A DNA stretch of 52,101 nt from Bacteroidaceae bacterium (GTDB lineage: Bacteria > Bacteroidota > Bacteroidia > Bacteroidales > Bacteroidaceae): positions 1 to 52,101 of the forward strand of contig DAIUBN010000001.1 of the NCBI GenBank assembly GCA_036846645.1, given 5' to 3'. Under the pieces are notes generated by a model, which saw only the letters and a program-made list of their open reading frames with translations, did not search any database and had not been told where the DNA came from. This document shows positions 37,110-44,422 of the stretch, piece by piece. Every line of letters begins with the position of its first letter. The stretch's first letter is position 1. The translations under genes and the position numbers were made by a program.

Positions 37110-37117
37110 TAACTTTG
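37110..37117 (+). promoter_or_regulatory. -7 box TAACTTTG (POT transporter)
   Basis: Exact TAnnTTTG, 46 nt upstream of the ATG at 37163. Confidence 0.45.
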
Positions 37118-37162
37118 TGCACGAATTAAAATTTAATATTAATTTTTAGATAATCAAATACT

Positions 37163-38680
37163 ATGTTTGAAGGTCAACCTAAAGGGCTATACGCTTTGGC
37201 GTTAGCAAATACTGGCGAGCGTTTTGGATATTATACGATGCTCGCAATTTTCGTTTTGTTTCTGAAAGCTAATTTCGGATTTTCTGTAGCAGTAGCTGGC
37301 ACAATCTATTCCACTTTCCTTGCTCTAGTCTATTTCTTACCGTTTATCGGTGGTATTTTGGCAGATAAGTTTGGATATGGCAAGATGGTCACTATCGGTA
37401 TCATTGTTATGTTTGCAGGTTATCTGCTACTTGCAGTTCCTGCTGGTAGTGGTACAATCGCCGTTGCCTTAATGCTCGGTGCATTGTTGATGATTTGTTC
37501 CGGTACTGGTTTATTCAAAGGGAACTTACAGGTGATGGTCGGCAATCTATATGATGCCCCCGAATATGCTGCTCGTCGAGATTCTGCATTCAGTATATTC
37601 TACATGGCTATTAATATTGGTGCCTTGTTTGCTCCAACAGCTGCTGTAGCTATTATGAATTATGCTCAAAAGAACTTTGGTGTAAGTGTCAACGACTCTT
37701 ACCACTTTGCATTTGGTGTAGCATGTATCTCTTTGATTGTTTCAATGGCTATATATTATGGTTGTCGTCGTACTTTCAAACATGTTGAGAGCAGCTCTAA
37801 AGAGAAAGCTAAAGAAGGAGAAAAAATAGAAGAGCTCTCACCAAAAGAAACAAAAGATCGTATTGTAGCTCTTGTTTTGGTATTCGCAGTAGTTATTTTC
37901 TTCTGGATGGCATTCCACCAGAATGGTTTGACATTGACACTGTTTGCCGATTCTTTCACAGCTAAGAGTGCTTCTGGTGCAGAAGGTATGATGTTCAATG
38001 TTGGTAATCTATTGCTAGTTATCTTCATCGTTTATTCATTATTCTCTTTCTTCCAGGCCAAGACAGGCAAAACAAAGATTATCTCGGCTCTTATCATTGT
38101 AGCTGCTGCTGCATGGTTGGGCATCAATTATAGCAATTCCGGTTCTGTAGAAATCGATGCTCCTATCTTCCAACAATTCAATCCTTGCTTTGTTGTCGCA
38201 TTGACTCCAGTTTCTATGGCGCTGTTTGGATGGCTTGCCAAGAAAGGTAAAGAGCCATCTGCACCACGCAAGATTGGTTATGGTATGATGGTTGCAGCTT
38301 GCGGATATGTTCTGATGACAATTGCTTCTATCGGTTTGCTTAGTCCAAACGCACAAGACGCTGCTGTTAAAGCAGGTACAGCAAGCTTCGTATCACCCGA
38401 CTGGTTGGTATCTACTTATTTGGTACTTACTTTTGGTGAGTTGTTGTTATCCCCAATGGGTATTTCATTCGTTTCTAAAGTAGCTCCTCCAAAATACAAA
38501 GGTATGATGATGGGTGGATGGTTCGTAGCAACAGCTATTGGTAACTACCTTACCAGTGTAGCTTCTTGGTTGTGGGGTGATCTTCCTGTATATGTTGTAT
38601 GGGGTGTTCTTATTTCACTCTGTCTCATTGCTGCTTTGTTCATCTTCTCTATCATGAAGAAGCTCGAGAAGGTTTGCTAA
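37163..38680 (+). CDS. proton-dependent oligopeptide transporter (POT/PTR2 family, MFS)
   Basis: 505-aa polytopic protein with GERFGYYTM and FYMAINIGALFAP POT signatures. A TAACTTTG box lies upstream and a strong terminator downstream. Confidence 0.85.
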   Translation: MFEGQPKGLYALALANTGERFGYYTMLAIFVLFLKANFGFSVAVAGTIYSTFLALVYFLPFIGGILADKFGYGKMVTIGIIVMFAGYLLLAVPAGSGTIAVALMLGALLMICSGTGLFKGNLQVMVGNLYDAPEYAARRDSAFSIFYMAINIGALFAPTAAVAIMNYAQKNFGVSVNDSYHFAFGVACISLIVSMAIYYGCRRTFKHVESSSKEKAKEGEKIEELSPKETKDRIVALVLVFAVVIFFWMAFHQNGLTLTLFADSFTAKSASGAEGMMFNVGNLLLVIFIVYSLFSFFQAKTGKTKIISALIIVAAAAWLGINYSNSGSVEIDAPIFQQFNPCFVVALTPVSMALFGWLAKKGKEPSAPRKIGYGMMVAACGYVLMTIASIGLLSPNAQDAAVKAGTASFVSPDWLVSTYLVLTFGELLLSPMGISFVSKVAPPKYKGMMMGGWFVATAIGNYLTSVASWLWGDLPVYVVWGVLISLCLIAALFIFSIMKKLEKVC

Positions 38681-38719
38681 CCTATATTATATGAACTTTC
38701 ATTTTTAAAATAGATAGTT

Positions 38720-38760
38720 ACCGTTTTAGTGAGTCAGTGATTCGCTAAAACGGTTTTTTT
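38720..38760 (+). terminator. intrinsic terminator after the POT transporter
   Basis: accgttttag / ctaaaacggt forms a 10-bp stem followed by a T7 tract. Confidence 0.7.
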
Positions 38761-38804
38761 ATGAAAGTATCATCAATCGAATTTATTTTTAAAACCATAC
38801 TTAT

Positions 38805-41252
38805 ATGAAGAAATTGTTTATTTGTGTTATGGCCGTCATATTAATGATGCCGGCAGCATTCGCAGACAAGAAAGACAAAAACAAAAAAGTAGAAACTGCT
38901 ACTCCAGCTGTTACACAACCAACAGTAGTCAAAGAAGGATTATTTACCGTGTCAAAAACCAAGACAGATTGGTATCTGGAAATTCCCGATTCTATCTTAG
39001 GTCGTTTTATTCTTGCTGTAACAAGATATACATCAACACCTGTTGGTGCCGGTGCATACGGTGGCGAAATGGTTAACGACCAGACAGTCTATTTCGAAAA
39101 GAACAATGGCAAAATTATGTTGCGCACATTGGTTCTCGGAGCAAAAGCAGACAACGATAAGTCGGAAATTGAAAAAGCTGTAAAGATAAGTAGTGAAGAC
39201 CCAATCGTTGCAGCATTCAAAATAGAATCTTCGAGCAATAATCGTTCACGTATCAACGTCACCAAGTTATTTACCGATGATACACAGATTTTCTCTATGC
39301 CCAACCGCTTAAAGAAAAACTTTAATCTAGGTGGATTATTGCCCGACCGTTGCTACATCACTGATATTCATACCTTCCCTATTAATACAGAAGTAAAGAC
39401 AGTAAAGACATACTCTTATTTCGCACCCGAAAGAAGTGCAATGTCGGCCATGATGCCGCAGATGTCTAAAAATCTGATGTCAGGCGATTTGACAGGTAAT
39501 GTAACTTATTCATTCAATACTTCTTTCGTATTACTTCCTAAAGAGCCCATGAGAAAACGTCTAGCTGATTCGCGTGTCGGCTATTTCTCTGATAGCTATA
39601 CGCTCTATTCGGACAAACAACAAAACGTTAAGGATATAGAATTCATCACTCGTTGGAGACTTGAACCTAAACCCGAAGATGTAGAGAAGATGAAACGTGG
39701 CGAATTGGTAGAGCCTATCAAACCTATCGTTTATTATATTGACCCCGCTACTCCGAAACAATGGCGCAAATACCTCATTGCAGGTGTCAACGACTGGCAG
39801 AAAGCTTTCGAGAAAGCTGGATTCAAAAACGCTATCATGGCCAAAGAATGGCCCGAAAATGACTCAACAATGAGTATGGAAGATGCTCGTTACTCTTGCA
39901 TCCGTTACTTGGCATCAGATATTGAGAATGCTTACGGACCACAAGTTCACGACCCTCGCAGTGGCGAAATCATCGAGAGCCATATCTGTTGGTATCACAA
40001 CGTCATGGAATTGGTTCACGATTGGTATATGATTCAGGCCGGTTGCATTGACAAACGCGCCCAGAAGATGAAATATGACGAAGAATTGATGGGTGACCTT
40101 ATACGCTTCGTATCTTCTCACGAAGTAGGTCACACATTAGGTTTGCGTCACAACATGGGTTCTAGCAGTACCACTCCTGTAGAGAAACTGCGCGATAAAG
40201 CTTGGGTAGAAGCCAACGGTCACACTCCTTCTATTATGGACTATGCCCGTTTCAACTATGTAGCTCAGCCCGAAGATAATATCAGCAAAGAAGGTATATA
40301 TCCCCGCATCGGCGATTATGATAAATGGGCCATTGAGTTTGGATACAAACCTTGCCTCAATAACGAGACCGAAGAGCAAGATAGATTGAACAACAATAAA
40401 GAGATTGTGAAACGCCTGAAAGAGAATCCACGTTTGTATTTCGGTACATACGAATCTATCGGCAACTACTCTTACGACTTCTTAGATCCTCGTTGCCAGT
40501 CAGAAGATTTGGGTGACAATGCTATGAAAGCCAGTGAATATGGCATTAAGAATCTGAAACGCGAAATGAAGCTTCTTCCTCAGTGGACATACGAAGAAGG
40601 TGATATGAACACAAATCTGAAACGAGTTTACGAGAATATTGTCGGTCAATTAGCTCGCTATTTTGGTCATGTCAGTACCAATATCGGTGGCGTTTATCGT
40701 AATATGACCAGTGTTGAACAACCTGAAAAGGGCTATACAGCAGTAAGCAAAGCTACACAGCAGTCGGCTCTCAACTTCTTGAATACTAATATCTTTAACG
40801 AACCTACATGGCTTACCGGTGAAGATTATATGTATCGTTTTACTGGTGACCCACAGAGTTATTCTAAACATTTGGCTTCTAGAGTAATCGGTACTCTAAC
40901 TTCATTGACAACTCTCAACCGCATGGTTCAATATGAAAACGCTTCTCCAGCCAACTATAAAGGTCAAGATTATTTCAATGATCTCACTAAAATGGTATTT
41001 AGCGAATTGTATGGTAAGAGTGGCAAGATATCAACCTATCGCCGCTACTTGCAACAGCAATTCGTAAAATCGGCTATTGACCAAATTAATACCAAAGGTG
41101 TTAGTTCGGATGCACGTGCAATCGAACTCAATCAGATGCTCAACCTTCGCAAAAGAGCTTTGGCTACAGCAGCTACAACAACAGACAGTATGACAAAAAT
41201 GCACCTTAATGACATCGCATTGCAAATAGAAAAAGAATTATTACCAAAATAA
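38805..41252 (+). CDS. secreted zinc-dependent metalloprotease (met-zincin, large Bacteroidetes type)
   Basis: 815-aa ORF with a signal peptide (MKKLFICVMAVILMMPAAFA) and the zinc motif HEVGHTLGLRHN followed by SIMDY. Confidence 0.8.
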   Translation: MKKLFICVMAVILMMPAAFADKKDKNKKVETATPAVTQPTVVKEGLFTVSKTKTDWYLEIPDSILGRFILAVTRYTSTPVGAGAYGGEMVNDQTVYFEKNNGKIMLRTLVLGAKADNDKSEIEKAVKISSEDPIVAAFKIESSSNNRSRINVTKLFTDDTQIFSMPNRLKKNFNLGGLLPDRCYITDIHTFPINTEVKTVKTYSYFAPERSAMSAMMPQMSKNLMSGDLTGNVTYSFNTSFVLLPKEPMRKRLADSRVGYFSDSYTLYSDKQQNVKDIEFITRWRLEPKPEDVEKMKRGELVEPIKPIVYYIDPATPKQWRKYLIAGVNDWQKAFEKAGFKNAIMAKEWPENDSTMSMEDARYSCIRYLASDIENAYGPQVHDPRSGEIIESHICWYHNVMELVHDWYMIQAGCIDKRAQKMKYDEELMGDLIRFVSSHEVGHTLGLRHNMGSSSTTPVEKLRDKAWVEANGHTPSIMDYARFNYVAQPEDNISKEGIYPRIGDYDKWAIEFGYKPCLNNETEEQDRLNNNKEIVKRLKENPRLYFGTYESIGNYSYDFLDPRCQSEDLGDNAMKASEYGIKNLKREMKLLPQWTYEEGDMNTNLKRVYENIVGQLARYFGHVSTNIGGVYRNMTSVEQPEKGYTAVSKATQQSALNFLNTNIFNEPTWLTGEDYMYRFTGDPQSYSKHLASRVIGTLTSLTTLNRMVQYENASPANYKGQDYFNDLTKMVFSELYGKSGKISTYRRYLQQQFVKSAIDQINTKGVSSDARAIELNQMLNLRKRALATAATTTDSMTKMHLNDIALQIEKELLPK

Positions 41253-41278
41253 TTATCATTCTTGAATTTAAACGAAGT

Positions 41279-41312
41279 AAAGGGGGATGTAGCAGTGGTT
41301 ACATCCCCCTTT
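41279..41312. terminator. hairpin between convergent metalloprotease and AAA+ genes
   Basis: aaagggggatgta GCAGTGGT tacatcccccttt forms a perfect 13-bp GC-containing stem. There is no strong U-tract on either strand. Confidence 0.6.
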
Positions 41313-41329
41313 CAAATTAAAAAACAAAA

Positions 41330-43027
41330 TCAGAAACCAATTCTTCTTCTCTCGCTAATGCTATTAGAAATCGATTCTGTGTTGCAGAAATCTTGAATAG
41401 TAGACAATGCCACTCTCTTACCTGTCAGAATCTCGTGAACGGTATACTTTCTGGCAATATTTTCTATCTGTCCTCCGCTGAAATTGTATTTTGCAGCCAA
41501 TACTTTGACATCGGCACTCTTCAGTTTCGGAATCATCGTTTTCCAGATATTCATTTTGGCTTCCACGCTTGGTTTATCGAATTTTATCTTATACAAGAAA
41601 CGTCTTTCGAAAGCCGTATCCATATTGCTGGCCAGATTGGTAGTAGCAATCAATATACCATCCAAGGCTTCCATCTGCTCCAAGATAATATTCTGAATGG
41701 TATTCTCCGACTTGTCTACCGCCATTCGAGCTCCCACTCTACGTTTGTTGAATATGGCATCGGCCTCGTTGAAGAGCAATATAGGCGCTACTTCCATATC
41801 CTGTACACATTTTGCATAGCGGTCGAAGATCTCTTTTACATTCTTCTCGCTCTCTCCCACCCACATGCTACGCAGTTCGGCGATATTGACTTGCATAATA
41901 TCCCTTCCTGTAGCTTTGGCCAACTGATAAACAGTCTCGGTTTTGCCTGTACCTGGAGTGCCATAAAATAGGCAAGCGAAACCTTTGCGCATGCCGCTAC
42001 TTTCGAGTCGGGAACGAATCTTTTCGAAACGTTCGGGCATGAGCAATGACTTGAGTTGCTTTATCTCTTTCTCCTCACGAGGATTATAATACATACTCTT
42101 TTCAGTCAGATCAATACTGAATGTCAGGTCACTTGGTTTAGTAGCTACCCTATTGAAACACAAATCATCTAGCAACTCTTTCTTGGCATAATCAGTGAGT
42201 TTGAAAGCCTGACGATCGGCAAATCCCTCTTGAAAAGCATATTCAATCAAATTATTGCAGATCAAAGAATTTGAACCACTATACAATGCGATTTTAACCG
42301 AGTTGAGTATCAACTTATCATCAAATATATCTTCAAAGTCGTGTATACCAATCATATCATCGTTGTTATCAACGAATAAATGACAGAATATCATCAACAA
42401 CAGCCTATTATTTTCATCTTTAATCTGTAAGCTCTTGAATTTACTGACAAACAGCAACTTTTCATTCTGTTCGAGCAAAAAATCGATCTCGCCCAAAAGC
42501 TCTCTAGTTGTCAGTTCTTCGTCCTCACGTTGCTCGAATAAATCATCAATTATAGTAAAGAACTCTGTGATATTCAAATCAGCATGACTTTGTGGTACAT
42601 ACTTTCTATTACGTTTCAATGCTTCTATCACATTCATTGAAATACGAAACGTCACTTTCTTAAAACGGTGAGAGCAACGAATAAGTTTCTTAGTTGCAAG
42701 TTCGTCCAAATCGTTTAAGTAGTTGAGCAACTTAACATTGCGGCATTTCAGATGTGACGAAATATCCGACAGTTCAATATTGTCTTTATTGCTATTATCA
42801 ACCAGAATAGAAAACAGAATAGATTGAATAGGCGTAATGTCCAATACACCACAAACGTATTGGATAAAAGGTTCTGCCTCTGTATAGAAGCTGTCGCTCA
42901 GGTTGGATTCCTCTGACAATTGAACAATTTGTTCAATAGCACCGAGAAGAGTTAATTCTTCATTCGTCTTAGATTTAGATACTTCCATCTTTTTCATGTT
43001 TTGGCCAGCGATTTTTAAAGTCTTCAT
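41330..43027 (-). CDS. orphan classic-clade AAA+ ATPase with uncharacterised ~330-aa N-terminal region
   Basis: 565-aa ORF with Walker A GTPGTGKTE, Walker B-position ILLFNEAD (Asn where Asp is usual), MWVGESEKNV, sensor-1 ATTN and AFERRF. I recognise no family for the N-terminal region. Confidence 0.8.
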   Translation of the reverse strand: MKTLKIAGQNMKKMEVSKSKTNEELTLLGAIEQIVQLSEESNLSDSFYTEAEPFIQYVCGVLDITPIQSILFSILVDNSNKDNIELSDISSHLKCRNVKLLNYLNDLDELATKKLIRCSHRFKKVTFRISMNVIEALKRNRKYVPQSHADLNITEFFTIIDDLFEQREDEELTTRELLGEIDFLLEQNEKLLFVSKFKSLQIKDENNRLLLMIFCHLFVDNNDDMIGIHDFEDIFDDKLILNSVKIALYSGSNSLICNNLIEYAFQEGFADRQAFKLTDYAKKELLDDLCFNRVATKPSDLTFSIDLTEKSMYYNPREEKEIKQLKSLLMPERFEKIRSRLESSGMRKGFACLFYGTPGTGKTETVYQLAKATGRDIMQVNIAELRSMWVGESEKNVKEIFDRYAKCVQDMEVAPILLFNEADAIFNKRRVGARMAVDKSENTIQNIILEQMEALDGILIATTNLASNMDTAFERRFLYKIKFDKPSVEAKMNIWKTMIPKLKSADVKVLAAKYNFSGGQIENIARKYTVHEILTGKRVALSTIQDFCNTESISNSISERRRIGF

Positions 43028-43051
43028 ATTTTTTGTTTTTTAATTCGGGTA

Positions 43052-43059
43052 CAAAGATG
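43052..43059 (-). promoter_or_regulatory. near-consensus -7 box CATCTTTG (AAA+ ATPase)
   Basis: Seven of the eight consensus-relevant positions fit (C instead of T at position 1). It lies 25 nt upstream of the ATG at 43027, the same spacing as the other promoters here. Confidence 0.3.
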
Positions 43060-43148
43060 TGTCAAACCTGAGACAAAAGATGACACACATTGAAGAAAAG
43101 TAGCTCGATTGATGAATATAAAGCTGATTCTTCTTGTAGTAAAGTTCG

Positions 43149-43232
43149 TTTTGCAGTGCGAAACGATCGTTCTACAGTACGAAACGATCATTCCACAGTG
43201 CAGAATGATCGTTCCACACTGTAGAACGAAGA
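43149..43232. repeat. four phased 21-bp tandem repeats (TTYYRCAGTRCGAAACGATCR-like) with GATC-centred palindromic cores
   Basis: The units are 43149-43169 ttttgcagtgcgaaacgatcg, 43170-43190 ttctacagtacgaaacgatca, 43191-43211 ttccacagtgcagaatgatcg and 43212-43232 ttccacactgtagaacgaaga. GATC occurs at 43165, 43186 and 43207, an exact 21-bp spacing. Confidence 0.85.
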
Positions 43233-43340
43233 ATGGATAAAGAAGAGACAAGAAATTGATAAAGAAGTATTGATTTATTCTTAAAGACGTTTTCAGTAAA
43301 ACATTTAGAAGATACGCAGAAAATAGACTGGTGAGATGAA

Positions 43341-43383
43341 CAAAAAATAATGGAGTGTCATCATGAGATGACACTCCATTATT
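43341..43383 (-). terminator. intrinsic terminator after the ompH-like gene
   Basis: Perfect 17-bp inverted repeat aataatggagtgtcatc ATGA gatgacactccattatt. On the minus strand it is followed by TTTTTG. Confidence 0.7.
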
Positions 43384-43403
43384 GATATGATTATAATTAA
43401 AAA

Positions 43404-43997
43404 TTATTTCTTTGAAATAGCGTAACGCTTGTTCAAACCTTCGAGAACAGCATTAGTAATATTCATTGACTTGTCAGCATAGAGCAGATTATCCATACCT
43501 GTATTGCTGATAATCAAATTGAAATGATACTTCTTATTGAAATCTTTCAAGAATGCATTGATAGAGTCGCGAAGTTGCAAGCTGTTCTTCTGATTTTCAG
43601 AAGCAAGTTCACTTTGCAATTTCTGTTGAAGAGTCTGCAAATCTTGATCCATCTTCATCAAACGGTTGTATTCTTGTTTAGCGCGATCTTCAGAAAGGAA
43701 AGCATTGTTATCATATTTCTTTTGGAACTCCTGTTTGTCTTTGGCCAACTCATTGGCTTTCTGATTGAGAACCATACGGCTATTCTCTTCTTTCTTTACC
43801 ATTGCCTCATTCACATCTTTACAAAGATTGTATTTAGTAAGTAATGTATCGATTTCTACGTAGGCGATTTTTAATGAGCCGGCAGGAACAGCTTTAACAT
43901 CTACAGTTGCTTGATCCTGTTTTTTATTACATTGAGTAAATAGAACAACTATAGCCAATGCAGCCATAACGTTGATAAGAAGTTTCATTCTCTTCAT
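43404..43997 (-). CDS. OmpH/Skp-family periplasmic chaperone
   Basis: 197-aa ORF with a signal/lipobox-like N-terminus (LFTQC) and a K/Q/E-rich coiled-coil body typical of OmpH. A perfect 17-bp hairpin terminator follows. Confidence 0.75.
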   Translation of the reverse strand: MKRMKLLINVMAALAIVVLFTQCNKKQDQATVDVKAVPAGSLKIAYVEIDTLLTKYNLCKDVNEAMVKKEENSRMVLNQKANELAKDKQEFQKKYDNNAFLSEDRAKQEYNRLMKMDQDLQTLQQKLQSELASENQKNSLQLRDSINAFLKDFNKKYHFNLIISNTGMDNLLYADKSMNITNAVLEGLNKRYAISKK

Positions 43998-44051
43998 AAT
44001 TTTTTGATATTGTCTTTTTAATTAGTTATATTTTTTGTTCGTTTTATCATT

Positions 44052-44270
44052 CTAAGGCTTCGACCTGGTTTCTTCGACTGTATTAGTACGGTTACGCCTG
44101 GCTTCGGCATCTTGCTCAGTATAGCAATGTATACCACGTTGTTGCATCGGTTTGCTCTGGCTGATATGTTCGTTAGGGAACTGTCCGCCTTTCACAAAAA
44201 ACACTTTCACGCCCAAAAAAAGAACGCAAATAGCAACTATTAACAATGTAAACAACAATATTCGTAACAT
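44052..44270 (-). CDS. small single-pass membrane protein, unknown function
   Basis: 72-aa ORF with one N-terminal TM helix (LLFTLLIVAICVLFLGVKVFF) and a charged tail. A TATCTTTG box lies 20 nt upstream. The gene sits 54 nt upstream of the ompH-like gene. Confidence 0.5.
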   Translation of the reverse strand: MLRILLFTLLIVAICVLFLGVKVFFVKGGQFPNEHISQSKPMQQRGIHCYTEQDAEARRNRTNTVEETRSKP

Positions 44271-44276
44271 TTCAAT

Positions 44277-44297
44277 TACTTTTGCGATGCAAAGATA
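44277..44297. promoter_or_regulatory. back-to-back divergent -7 boxes sharing the palindrome TTTGCGATGCAAA
   Basis: TACTTTTG lies on + (44277-44284) and TATCTTTG on - (44290-44297). The minus box is 20 nt upstream of the 72-aa gene ATG. The plus box is 139 nt upstream of the pepD ATG. Confidence 0.45.
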
Positions 44298-44422
44298 GAC
44301 TTTTACAGCGATTAATCGCTACTTTTTCGATTTAAAATAAGTGAGATTTGCTGTTTTTGCCTATCAGATTAAACATATTTAGCATAACCAGTCCTTTAAA
44401 AAGACTCTTTAATATTAGTATT

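Noticed and set aside
41393-41971. 192-aa plus-strand ORF inside the AAA+ gene.
   Set aside because: It is an antisense shadow ORF of a well-supported gene, with no recognisable motifs and no promoter box.
43058-43087. 7-bp inverted repeat TGTGTCA-N16-TGACACA overlapping the putative AAA+ core promoter.
   Set aside because: It is plausible as an operator, but a 7-bp arm with a 16-nt spacer is weak evidence on its own. I noted it as context for the repeat-array finding rather than as a feature.
43024-43374. 116-aa minus-strand ORF upstream of the AAA+ gene. It has an ATGA stop/start overlap and a striking 7-aa repeat (LQCGTII / LHCGMIV / SYCRTIV / SHCKTNF) that could pass for a multi-core peptide precursor.
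   Set aside because: It starts at a GTG buried in the 17-bp ompH terminator stem and has no in-frame ATG near the start. Its composition is F/L/I/C-rich, as expected from reading AT-rich non-coding DNA. The heptad is simply the 21-bp DNA repeat read in frame. Differences between units are almost all non-synonymous (Q/H/Y, G/R/K, T/M, I/V/F), so there is no sign of protein-level constraint. I treat it as regulatory DNA, although Ribo-seq could overturn this.
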